Of a DNA stretch of 64,000 bases, positions 29,197-37,183 are shown in pieces. Where the stretch lies: positions 21,367 to 85,366 of the forward strand of contig JAKFCW010000021.1 in the NCBI GenBank assembly GCA_036676455.1. Direction: 5' to 3'. How positions within the stretch are numbered: the first letter of the stretch is position 1; each line of letters opens with the position of its first letter. Both the position numbers and the translations under genes were made by a program. This stretch comes from Candidatus Sericytochromatia bacterium (lineage in GTDB: Bacteria; Cyanobacteriota; Sericytochromatia; S15B-MN24; UBA4093). The notes below the pieces were generated by a model, which worked only from the letters and a program-made list of their open reading frames with translations, was not told where the DNA came from and ran no database searches.

Positions 29197-31446
29197 CTAA
29201 TGAGGAAGCAGGGACTCGACGAGATCCCCCAGGCGGTTGAAGAGGCCCACCGAGAGCGAGTTGGCGGGGGGTTGCCTGAGCACGTGGGGATGCCCGTGGG
29301 AGTCGAGGATCCGGTAATCGGTCTCACCCGAGGCGTCGCGCCAGAAGTGCAGGCTCACGCGCGAGTCTCCGACCGGGATGTTGGAGAGGCTCAATTCGGG
29401 TAGCCAGTCGGGCAGGGACGGGTCGATCAGGATGGCGTTGAGCGGGGCGTAGGCGCGGATGCCCAGGAAGGCCTGGATCAGCATGGGAATGGCGCTGGCG
29501 GACCAGGCTTGGGGGGCGTTGGAGCGCGGGTAGATGCCGGGGTGGGGGTGGCGGCGATCGCGCGCATGTCCGCCCATCGCCTCGGGCAGGCGGTTCTCGT
29601 CGAAGATCGTGGTGGCCTCGAAGAGGCCGCGCGCGAGGTCATGCACCAGCCCGTTCAACCCATAACGCTTGAATCCAAAGGCGATCGACCCATTCTCCGA
29701 GGGCCAAACCGAGCCCAGGTGGTAGGCGAAGGGATTGTAGGCGGGGTGAAGGCTGGACAGGGTGCGGATTCCCCAGCCCGTGAACATGTCCGGAGCCATC
29801 AGGCGTCCGGCCACGGCGGCGGCCTTGTCCTGGTCGACGATGCCGCAGGCGAGGCAGTGGCCCATGTTGGAGCCGATGGTGGGGACCTGGCGTTTTTCCG
29901 GGTCCAGGGCCAGGGCCAGGGCGCCTTCTTCTTCCAGCCAGAAGGCCTGGTTGAAGCGGGTCTTGAGGTCCTCGGCCTGGCGGATGAGGTCGAGGCCGCG
30001 CGCGACGTCTCCCAGGGCGAGAAAGGTCTGCCCGATCAGCTGCTTGGCGACGAAGTAGTAGCCCTGGATCTCGACGGAGGCGATGGGGTTGGGGACGCAG
30101 GCACCGTCCACGTAAAGGACGGCTTCGTCGGAGTCCTTCCAGCCTTGGTTCTTGGTGCCCCAGTCGCCGGCGCGGGTGTCGTACTCGTAGAAGCCGTCCC
30201 CGTCGCGGTCGCCCTCGCGGTCCATCCACTCGAGGACGCGCAGGGCATGGGGCTTCATGCGGCGCTGGAAATCGCGATCGCCCGTGAGCATGAAGTCCCA
30301 GCCCAGGCCGATCAGGAAGAGGCCGGGGCCGGCGTAGTCGCCGTAGTAGCGCAGGAAAGGGGTTATGCCCAGCAAGGCGAGGGGGCTGAGCTGGTGCTGG
30401 TGGATCACGCGGCCGACTTGCTCGTCGTAGCGGTCGTCGCGCTTGCTTCCGAGCCAGCGCGCGATGGTCTCCAGGGTACCGCGCAGCATCAGGGGGCTGA
30501 CGAGGCCGGCTTGCCAGACGGTGGTGAGGGTGTCGCGGCCGAACAGGGCCTGGTAAATCGGGATGCCGGCGGCGGGCGTGTAGATCTCGGGGCCCTTGCC
30601 GTCATAAAGGGGCAGTGAGCCGAGATCCGAGACGGCTCGGTCCCAGGCGTCCTGGACCATGCTCGAGGGCACTTCCAGGCGGGGGACTTGCCGGAACCAG
30701 TCGTCACGCGCCTGGTCCCAGCGCGTATCGCGCGAGCGAAAGGAGTCGCAGTCGTAGATGGGGTCATGGCGTTCGCCGCAGAAGGCCGGATGCAGGGACA
30801 TGCAGAATCGCAGGGGCTTCTGGGGCTCGAGGAGCAAGCGATAGCAGACCTTGTCATTCTCCCAGGTGGGCGAGCCCTGGACGGCCGGGAAGCGCATCAG
30901 GGTTTCATGGCAAAGGTCGGCGTGAGTATAGCGGAAGCTCAGCTCGCGCGGGTCGTCGCCGTCGAGCCAGGTCCGGATGACGGGGGCCTCTTGCAGGCGG
31001 CGGCCCTCCACGGCCTCGGTGAGGTCCGCGAAGTCGGCGGAGAAGTCCCAGGCGAGCGTGAGCGTGGTGGGGACGAGGCCGTGGTTGGTCAGGTAGACGT
31101 CCAGGTGGAGGCCGTCTCCGACGAAGCCGTTGAGCTGGATCTCGATGGCCTTTTCCATGATCTCGCCGCCGCGATCGGGCGGGGGGCCGGCGCGTTCGCC
31201 GGCGGGACTGGGGGCCAGGTAGTAGGAGATGAACGAGTACGCGTCGACCGGGTTGGCCGAGACGAAGGTGAGGGGTAGGCCGTCCACCGAGAGGTCCATG
31301 CGCTGGAGGAAGCGGGTCTGGTGGTGGTAGAAGCCCTCGATGCCCTGGCGGATCTGGCCATGGACCCCGGTGATCAGGAGCGAGTGGCCCTGGTACGCGA
31401 TCAGGGCCTCCGGAAACATCTTGAAGCGGTTGATGTCCTTGAGCAT
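29197..31446 (-). CDS. Amylo-alpha-1,6-glucosidase / glycogen-debranching-enzyme family protein
   Basis: 749 aa from MLKDINRF, with GGAGG upstream. It has an N-terminal GDE_N-like region and a C-terminal (alpha/alpha)6-type region (IYQALFGRDTLTT, DGDGFYEYD, GWKDS). Confidence 0.75.
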   Translation of the reverse strand: MLKDINRFKMFPEALIAYQGHSLLITGVHGQIRQGIEGFYHHQTRFLQRMDLSVDGLPLTFVSANPVDAYSFISYYLAPSPAGERAGPPPDRGGEIMEKAIEIQLNGFVGDGLHLDVYLTNHGLVPTTLTLAWDFSADFADLTEAVEGRRLQEAPVIRTWLDGDDPRELSFRYTHADLCHETLMRFPAVQGSPTWENDKVCYRLLLEPQKPLRFCMSLHPAFCGERHDPIYDCDSFRSRDTRWDQARDDWFRQVPRLEVPSSMVQDAWDRAVSDLGSLPLYDGKGPEIYTPAAGIPIYQALFGRDTLTTVWQAGLVSPLMLRGTLETIARWLGSKRDDRYDEQVGRVIHQHQLSPLALLGITPFLRYYGDYAGPGLFLIGLGWDFMLTGDRDFQRRMKPHALRVLEWMDREGDRDGDGFYEYDTRAGDWGTKNQGWKDSDEAVLYVDGACVPNPIASVEIQGYYFVAKQLIGQTFLALGDVARGLDLIRQAEDLKTRFNQAFWLEEEGALALALDPEKRQVPTIGSNMGHCLACGIVDQDKAAAVAGRLMAPDMFTGWGIRTLSSLHPAYNPFAYHLGSVWPSENGSIAFGFKRYGLNGLVHDLARGLFEATTIFDENRLPEAMGGHARDRRHPHPGIYPRSNAPQAWSASAIPMLIQAFLGIRAYAPLNAILIDPSLPDWLPELSLSNIPVGDSRVSLHFWRDASGETDYRILDSHGHPHVLRQPPANSLSVGLFNRLGDLVESLLPH

Positions 31447-31612
31447 GGCGCCCTCCTTCCCGTTCCTCCTGCCGTGGAGGGACGCGTCGAGGCAAGCCGC
31501 CCTTGCGCCGGCTCTCAACTTATTAACACATGTGAAGGAGCCCTGGAAACGCTCGTTGGTTAACAGGCGTCTGGCTCAGGGGTTTCGGGGCTTGCGTTGG
31601 GGAGGTTTCAAC

Positions 31613-32764
31613 ATGAACAAGGCGTTGGCGGTACTCACTGGACTGGGGGTCGGGGCGGGCCTCACCTACCTGGCCGATCCGGAGCGGGGAAAGCGGCGGC
31701 GGGCCCTCATTCGCGACAAGGCGATCCACGCGTCGCGCGTGAGCCGCGACGGGCTGGACGTGGCGCGCCGGGATCTCGGCAACCGGGCGTCGGGCTGGGT
31801 GGCGGCGACCTCCAGCCGCCTGCGCGCGGAAGCGGTCGACGACGCGATCCTGGTGGCCCGGGTCCGGGCCAAGCTGGGGCGTCACTGCGCGCAGCCGCAT
31901 GCCGTCGAGGTGGCTGCCCACGAGGGGCGGGTGGTGCTCGCGGGGGCGATCCTGGCCTCGGAGGCGGGGGTCGTGCTCGACGCGATCCGGCGGGTAGCGG
32001 GGGTGGAGGGCATCGAGGACCGGCTCGTCCGGCGCGAAGGGGCGGGACGGCCCGGTGAGGGCGTCGAACCCAGCGCGGACGAGATCCGCCTGCGCCAGGC
32101 GTACTGGTCGCCGGCATATCGGCTGGTGGTCGGTGTCGGCGGTGGCAGTCTGGTCCTCTGGGGGCTGGCAAGGCGGGGGTTCTTGGGCACGGGCCTTGGC
32201 TTGCTGGGGGCGGGGCTGCTGGGGCGGGCGATCGCCAACCAAGAATTGCGCGGCCTCTTGGGTCTCGGCACGGCGGGGCAGGGGTTCACGGTGCAGAAGA
32301 CCCTGACGGTGGAGGCCGCGATCGATCAGGTCTTCGCGTTCTGGAGCCAGCCCGCGAACTTCCCGCGCTTCATGCGCCATGTCCGGGAGGTGCGCGACCT
32401 GGGCGCGGGACGCTCGCACTGGGTGGTGAGCGGGCCGGCGGGGATCGCCGTGGAGTGGGAGGCCGAGACGACGCGCGTGATCCCGAACCGCCTGATCGCC
32501 TGGCGCAGCGTGCCCGGCTCGACCGTCGCTCACGAGGGAACGGTCCACCTCCAGGAGACGGCGGAGGGCGGCACCCGGCTGCACATCCAGCTTTGCTACC
32601 ACCCGCCGGCCGGGATCGTGGGGCATGCGGTGGCGACGCTCTTCGGGGCGGACCCCAAGCATGAGATGGACGAGGACCTGGCCCGCATGAAGCTCTTGAT
32701 CCCGCGCGAGGCCATCAGCGGGTCGGCTCCGACCCGGAAGCCGGTGACGCTGGGCCCGCATTGA
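31613..32764 (+). CDS. Membrane protein with YtxH-like N-terminus, BON domain, TM segment and SRPBCC (cyclase/dehydrase-like) domain
   Basis: 383 aa from MNKALAV, with GGAGG 7 nt upstream. BON-like stretch: DDAILVARVRAKL ... VVLAGAILASEAGVVLDAIRRVAGVEGIEDRL. Gly-rich TM region. SRPBCC-like stretch: FTVQKTLTVEAAIDQVFAFWSQPANFPRFM. Confidence 0.6.
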   Translation: MNKALAVLTGLGVGAGLTYLADPERGKRRRALIRDKAIHASRVSRDGLDVARRDLGNRASGWVAATSSRLRAEAVDDAILVARVRAKLGRHCAQPHAVEVAAHEGRVVLAGAILASEAGVVLDAIRRVAGVEGIEDRLVRREGAGRPGEGVEPSADEIRLRQAYWSPAYRLVVGVGGGSLVLWGLARRGFLGTGLGLLGAGLLGRAIANQELRGLLGLGTAGQGFTVQKTLTVEAAIDQVFAFWSQPANFPRFMRHVREVRDLGAGRSHWVVSGPAGIAVEWEAETTRVIPNRLIAWRSVPGSTVAHEGTVHLQETAEGGTRLHIQLCYHPPAGIVGHAVATLFGADPKHEMDEDLARMKLLIPREAISGSAPTRKPVTLGPH

Positions 32765-33419
32765 GGCGGAAGGCGTTGGACGCGAGGTGGGCCTGCCGGG
32801 TCGGCTCGGGCAGGCGGTAGCCGCGGGCGCCGTCGAGGACCCAGCGTACGGCGGTTTCCGCGGAGATCCGGTGCCCGCATGAGACGTAGACCGGGTTGAC
32901 CTTGTTCTTGGTGCGCACGGCGTACCCGACCACCTCGGAGCGGTGGATCAGGGGCGCCGTGCTGCCGCGTTCGGGGGGCAGCGCGTCGTGCGTGCCCACC
33001 AGCAGGGACTTGGCGCAGCCGAGGGTGGGCTTGTCGAGCAGGATGCCGAGGTGGCAGGCGACGCCGATGCGGCGGGGATGGGCGCGCCCGTGCCCGTCGA
33101 CCATGATCAGGTCGGGCGGGATCGTCAGGCGTTCGTAGGCGGCCAGCGCCAGGGGCACCTCCCGGAAGGAAAGCAGGCCCGGGATGTAGGGCATGGGCAG
33201 GCGCATGCGGGCGTGGGCGACGTCGACGATCTCGAGGTCGGGCCAGCTCAGCACGACGATGGCCGCGTCGCCCTCCGCGCTGCCGCGCGTGGTGGAGACG
33301 TCGACTCCCGCGACGGTCCGCACGTTCGCAAAGTCGTCCTCGCAGCGCACGCGCGCGGCGAGGACGCGCTGCATGGCGATCGCCTCGGACGGCGTGAGAT
33401 CCCAGCGAAGCGTGGTCAT
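32715..33419 (-). CDS. nfi: Endonuclease V
   Basis: 234 aa with VAGVDVS, YIPGLLSFREVP and MVDGHGRAHPRRIGVACHLG. The 3' end overlaps the convergent gene by 50 nt. Confidence 0.9.
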   Translation of the reverse strand: MTTLRWDLTPSEAIAMQRVLAARVRCEDDFANVRTVAGVDVSTTRGSAEGDAAIVVLSWPDLEIVDVAHARMRLPMPYIPGLLSFREVPLALAAYERLTIPPDLIMVDGHGRAHPRRIGVACHLGILLDKPTLGCAKSLLVGTHDALPPERGSTAPLIHRSEVVGYAVRTKNKVNPVYVSCGHRISAETAVRWVLDGARGYRLPEPTRQAHLASNAFRLNAGPASPASGSEPTR

Positions 33420-33729
33420 GCCGCCATCCTACCAAGGATTGCGCGCCCCGGGCGGGACGATTCGGCCCAAGCTTTTTGGCCACGCCCCCACCAAGGCCCG
33501 ATCGGCCCCTCGCCGCGAGCCCGGCCGGGCCCCGGCCCCCGCCGAGTGGGCAGGGGTTGGGACCCACCGCGCGGCGGGCCTCTCAGGCAGCAGAGGGAGC
33601 GTTGTCGCAGGACAGGGGAAGCGATAAGTTATGCCCCATAGGCGACAGGCCGTCAAAACGGCAAGGGCACTCCCGATAGGGCGCCCAAGGGAAGCCGCGA
33701 AGACGGACACGTAAAGGAGGTCACTCCGC

Positions 33730-34344
33730 ATGAAAGCGACTCGGATTTTTGGCCTGGCCGTGGCAACCACCTTGGCGGGCACGCTCGGTTGCGCGCAGAA
33801 CGTCCCCAGCGTCCCCGCTGCCCAGACCCCGGACATCCCGCAGGTGCAAGCCGCGGCGAACGGGCCCGTCGCGCCCGAAAACCTCCTGGTCGGTAACTTC
33901 CAGACCATGGTCAACGGCCAGGCGATGAGCGTCGACGAGATCCGCAAGCAGCTTCCCTCCCGCATCTCCGCGGCCGATGCGGCCAAGATGCTGGTCAAGA
34001 TCGACATCGACAAGGTCGTTCAGGACGGTGAGTACGACACCCAGCAGTTCCGGCGCGGCTTCGGTGGCCGCGGCTTCGGTGGCCGCGGCTTCATCGGCCG
34101 GGGCTTCGGCGGCCGGGGCTTCTTCGGGCGCGGCTTCTACGGCGGCTACGGCTTCCGCAGCCGCTTCTTCAACCGGGGCTTCTACGGCGGCCTGGGCTTC
34201 TACCCCTACTCCAGCTACTACTTCCCGTACTACTACAACGCGGGCTACTACTACCCGTACACCTACAGCTACGCCAACACCCTCTGCTCGCCTTACCTGT
34301 ACGGCTACGGCGGCAGCTATTACCCCTACACCTGGGGCTGGTAG
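33730..34344 (+). CDS. Lipoprotein with RGF-repeat and Tyr-rich low-complexity tail (paralog 1)
   Basis: Signal peptide plus lipobox (LAGTLGC), with GGAGG upstream. The conserved block MVNGQAMSVDEIRKQLPSRISAADAAKMLV is shared with paralog 2 and differs mostly at third codon positions. The tail holds 22 Tyr in the last 70 residues. Confidence 0.75.
   Translation: MKATRIFGLAVATTLAGTLGCAQNVPSVPAAQTPDIPQVQAAANGPVAPENLLVGNFQTMVNGQAMSVDEIRKQLPSRISAADAAKMLVKIDIDKVVQDGEYDTQQFRRGFGGRGFGGRGFIGRGFGGRGFFGRGFYGGYGFRSRFFNRGFYGGLGFYPYSSYYFPYYYNAGYYYPYTYSYANTLCSPYLYGYGGSYYPYTWGW
34054..34143 (+). repeat. Six tandem 15-bp units encoding (R/G)GF-x-G repeats inside paralog 1
   Basis: cgcggcttcggtggc x2, then cgcggcttcatcggc, cggggcttcggcggc, cggggcttcttcggg, cgcggcttctacggc. 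Confidence 0.9.
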
Positions 34345-34357
34345 CCCTGAAACCCTG

Positions 34358-34395
34358 GGGTCGCCGGGAATTCCCGGCGACCCTTTCCGTTTCTC
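34358..34395 (+). terminator. Hairpin terminator after lipoprotein paralog 1
   Basis: Perfect 26-nt palindrome gggtcgccgggaa/ttcccggcgaccc, followed by tttccgtttc. Confidence 0.6.
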
Positions 34396-34684
34396 CACCT
34401 CCCGCGCGCATGACCACCCCTTGGCCAGGATGACGAGACTTTTCATCAGGTCCGACCAAAAGCCAGCTCGCCCGCAAGCGCGACGCGCCCGCGTCACCGG
34501 AGCATCGGACGGCTCGGCGGGCCTTCGGGCCTCCCGCCGTCAGGGGCTTTGAGCCAGCGAAGTATGCGTTGATCGAATCCCGACCGGGGGGTAGCTTGTG
34601 AACCGTAGTCGACGGGGCGCCGCGAAGTCCGACTCAGCGTCGGCTTTCCTTCGCTGGCCACGTGAAAAGGGAGGTAACCTCCGT

Positions 34685-35224
34685 ATGAATGCGACTCGAT
34701 GGCTTGGCCTGGCACTTTCCGCAGGGCTCGTCGGTGGGACGCTGGGCTGCGCCCAGTCCATGCCCGCCACCTCGACCCAGGCTCCCGCGGTCATCCCGCA
34801 GGCCCAGAGCGTTGCCGGTGGTGACGCGGCTCCCGAGAGCCTCTTCACCGGCGAACGGCAGATCATGGTCAACGGCAACGCCATGAACTTCGACGAGATC
34901 CGCAAGCAACTGCCCGCCCGCATCTCCGAAGCCGACGCCGCCAAGATGCTCGTCACGCTCAACCCCAACGAGGTCATGAACTCGGGCTCGGACTCCGAGC
35001 TGCAGCAGTGGCGCGGCCGCCGCTTCTTCCGCAGAGGCTTCTCGCCCTACTTCCGCACCCGCTTCCGCCGCTTCTCCTACTTCCCGTACCGGAACTTCTA
35101 CTTCCCGTACTACTACAACCTCGGCTACTACTACCCGTACACCTATCCCTTCTACTCGTACTCCTATTACCCGTTCTTCTACCGCCACAGCTACCGCTAC
35201 TGGCCGTACGCCTACCGCTGGTAG
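34685..35224 (+). CDS. Lipoprotein with Arg/Phe/Tyr-rich low-complexity tail (paralog 2)
   Basis: 179 aa from MNATRWLGL with lipobox VGGTLGC and GGAGG upstream. It shares MVNGNAMNFDEIRKQLPARISEADAAKMLV and FYFPYYYNLGYYYPYTY with paralog 1. Confidence 0.75.
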   Translation: MNATRWLGLALSAGLVGGTLGCAQSMPATSTQAPAVIPQAQSVAGGDAAPESLFTGERQIMVNGNAMNFDEIRKQLPARISEADAAKMLVTLNPNEVMNSGSDSELQQWRGRRFFRRGFSPYFRTRFRRFSYFPYRNFYFPYYYNLGYYYPYTYPFYSYSYYPFFYRHSYRYWPYAYRW

Positions 35225-35236
35225 TAACCCCGCCCA

Positions 35237-35270
35237 GGGCCGCCGGGAAATCCCGGCGGCCCTTTCGCGT
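35237..35270 (+). terminator. Hairpin terminator after lipoprotein paralog 2
   Basis: gggccgccggga-aa-tcccggcggccc followed by tttcgcg. The hairpin is homologous to the one after paralog 1. Confidence 0.55.
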
Positions 35271-35322
35271 TGCGGCCATGCGCGGTAAACTGGACTCTTC
35301 CAGTGAAAGGGAGGGACGACCC

Positions 35323-36375
35323 ATGCCCAAGCGCGTGGCCATGGCCCTCTCCGGGGGAGTCGACTCCGGGGTGGCCGCCTATCTACTGCAATCCAAGGGA
35401 TTCGACCTGGTGGGAGTCACCTCCCTCAACTACCCCGAGTCCCGCTGCTGCGACATGAAGTCCGTCTTCGACGCCGCCCGCATCGCCAAGCAGCTCGGCT
35501 TCCCCTACCACACGATCGACGTCCTCCAGTCCTTCAAGGAGAAGGTGATCGACGCCTTCACCGAAGGCTACAAGCTAGGCATCACGCCGAACGTCTGCAC
35601 CATCTGCAACTCCGAGGTCCGCTTCGAGGAACTCTTCGAGGAAGCCGCCTGGCGCTACGACGTCGACGCCATCGCCTCGGGCCACTACGCCCGCAACCGC
35701 TTCGATCCCGAGACCCGGCGCTGGCAACTGCTGCGTGGCATCGACCCCACCAAGGACCAGTCGTACATGCTCTACCGGCTGCGCCAGGAGCAGCTCGAAC
35801 GCTGCCTCTTCCCCCTGGGCGAAAAGACCAAGGAAGAGGTCCGGGCGATCGCCCGCGAGATCCCCCTCGAGGTCTCCCGCAAGCCCGACAGCCAGGACAT
35901 CTGCTTCGCCAACGGCGACACCCGCCAGTTCCTGGAGGATCGCATCGGCACGCAGCTCGCGCCGGGCCCCATCGTCGACGTCTCCGGCAAGACCCTCGGC
36001 ACGCACCAGGGCATCGCCTACTACACCGTCGGCCAGCGCCGCGGGCTCGGCATCGCGCATCCGCACCCCCTTTACGTGGTCCGGATCGACGCGAGCAGCA
36101 ACACCGTGGTCGTGGGCCCGATCGCGGCCGCCCACGGGCAAGCCGCCACCGTGCGTGACGTCCGCTGGGTCTCGGTCGCCGCGCCCGAGGCGCCCATGCG
36201 GGTCGAAGCCCAGGTGCGCTACCGGTCGCAGGCCATGCCGGCGCTGCTCACGCCACTATCGGATGGGCGCGTCCAGCTGGAGTTCGAGGAGCCGATCTTC
36301 GCCATCACGCCGGGGCAAGTCGCCGCCTTCTACCAGGGCGACCTGCTGCTGGGCGGCGGCGTTCTGGAGCGATAG
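35323..36375 (+). CDS. mnmA: tRNA 2-thiouridine(34) synthase MnmA
   Basis: 350 aa from MPKRVAMALSGGVDSGVAAYLL (PP-loop SGGxDS), with CNSEVRFEELF, KDQSYMLY and the family's catalytic Cys residues. Confidence 0.9.
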   Translation: MPKRVAMALSGGVDSGVAAYLLQSKGFDLVGVTSLNYPESRCCDMKSVFDAARIAKQLGFPYHTIDVLQSFKEKVIDAFTEGYKLGITPNVCTICNSEVRFEELFEEAAWRYDVDAIASGHYARNRFDPETRRWQLLRGIDPTKDQSYMLYRLRQEQLERCLFPLGEKTKEEVRAIAREIPLEVSRKPDSQDICFANGDTRQFLEDRIGTQLAPGPIVDVSGKTLGTHQGIAYYTVGQRRGLGIAHPHPLYVVRIDASSNTVVVGPIAAAHGQAATVRDVRWVSVAAPEAPMRVEAQVRYRSQAMPALLTPLSDGRVQLEFEEPIFAITPGQVAAFYQGDLLLGGGVLER

Positions 36376-36395
36376 CCGCGGACGCATGCACGAAC

Positions 36396-36449
36396 GTCAC
36401 TCCCGCGAAAGCGGGAGTCCAGGGGATTCCCGCTTTCGCGGGAATGACG
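36396..36449. repeat. REP-like double-hairpin intergenic element, copy 1
   Basis: gtcaCTCCCGCgaaaGCGGGAGtccaggggATTCCCGCtttcGCGGGAATgacg: two stem-loops with tetraloops that are inverted copies of each other. A near-identical copy lies at 46531..46584. Confidence 0.85.
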
Positions 36450-36502
36450 ACGGAAGGTGAGTCTCGACGTCTGAGACGGCCTGCCTTGATTTAGAAGGAA
36501 GC

Positions 36503-37009
36503 TCAGGCCTGGGGACCGCGCGAGATCGCATCCGCCGAGGATGGGGCGGGCTTCGGCGAATCGCTCGCAGGCAAGACCCCCAGCTCGCGGAGCATCTCGG
36601 CGCCTTGCTCGACGGTCTCGCGCTCCGACTTGTACGTGAGGACCTTGAGGGCCTCGTCGAGGGGCCACCAGCGGGCCTCGTCCACCTCGGACGAGTCGTT
36701 GGAGGTCTCGCCCTCGAGGTGGCGGATCAGGAAGAAGTGGACGGTCTTGTGGATCTTGACCCCCTCTTCCTTGGCGTAGAACCAGTAGGAGATCTCGCCG
36801 ATCCGACGCAGGACCTCACCGATCAGGCCGGTTTCCTCCATGACTTCACGACAGGCCGCCTGTTCGAGGGTTTCCCCCTCCTCGAGACGTCCCTTGGGCA
36901 GCGCCCAGATTCGACCGCCACGCAGGGCGATGAGACCGATCTCGACGGTGCCGGATTGCTGGCGAAAGATCACTCCGCCGGATGAAACCTGATTCTTGAC
37001 CTTGGACAC
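36503..37009 (-). CDS. NUDIX hydrolase
   Basis: Nudix box GGRIWALPKGRLEEGETLEQAACREVMEETG. Confidence 0.88.
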   Translation of the reverse strand: MSKVKNQVSSGGVIFRQQSGTVEIGLIALRGGRIWALPKGRLEEGETLEQAACREVMEETGLIGEVLRRIGEISYWFYAKEEGVKIHKTVHFFLIRHLEGETSNDSSEVDEARWWPLDEALKVLTYKSERETVEQGAEMLRELGVLPASDSPKPAPSSADAISRGPQA

Positions 37010-37089
37010 GGGGCCTCCACTCTACTTCCTTCATCTTAGCACTCCCAGCGAATTCGAACACCCCAAACAAGCGCCCGCGCGGCGAAGAT

Positions 37090-37118
37090 TTGACGACCCT
37101 CTGGAACTTTGTTAGGGT
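37090..37118 (+). promoter_or_regulatory. Possible sigma70-type promoter for the MFS gene
   Basis: TTGACG (37090..37095), a 17-nt spacer, then TAGGGT (37113..37118), about 65 nt upstream of the GTG start. Pattern match only. Confidence 0.25.
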
Positions 37119-37183
37119 GAAGTCGCTTTTTTCATCGGCCTCCGCAGCCCTTCCGCCTGCGGCTCCACGCATCAGGAGTTCCC

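Noticed and set aside
33429-34013. Minus-strand ORFs antisense to the two Tyr-rich lipoprotein genes (33429..34013, 33721..34497, 34540..34977, 34634..35188).
   Set aside because: They mirror each other only because the plus-strand genes are paralogs. The substitution pattern between paralogs is synonymous in the plus-strand frame. The plus-strand frame also has the SD sequence, signal peptide and lipobox.
34710-34724. Sigma-54-like element TGGCAC-n5-GCA, with GG and GC 10 nt apart.
   Set aside because: It lies inside the coding sequence (signal-peptide codons) of lipoprotein paralog 2, downstream of its start codon, so it cannot drive that gene. No suitable downstream target exists.
36330-36668. 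ORFs reading through the REP-like element (36330..36668 on the minus strand and the tail of 35735..36460 on the plus strand), giving peptides such as HSRESGNPLDSRFRG.
   Set aside because: They cross an intergenic palindromic repeat and overlap the real mnmA and NUDIX genes. The peptide motif is a translation artefact of the repeat.
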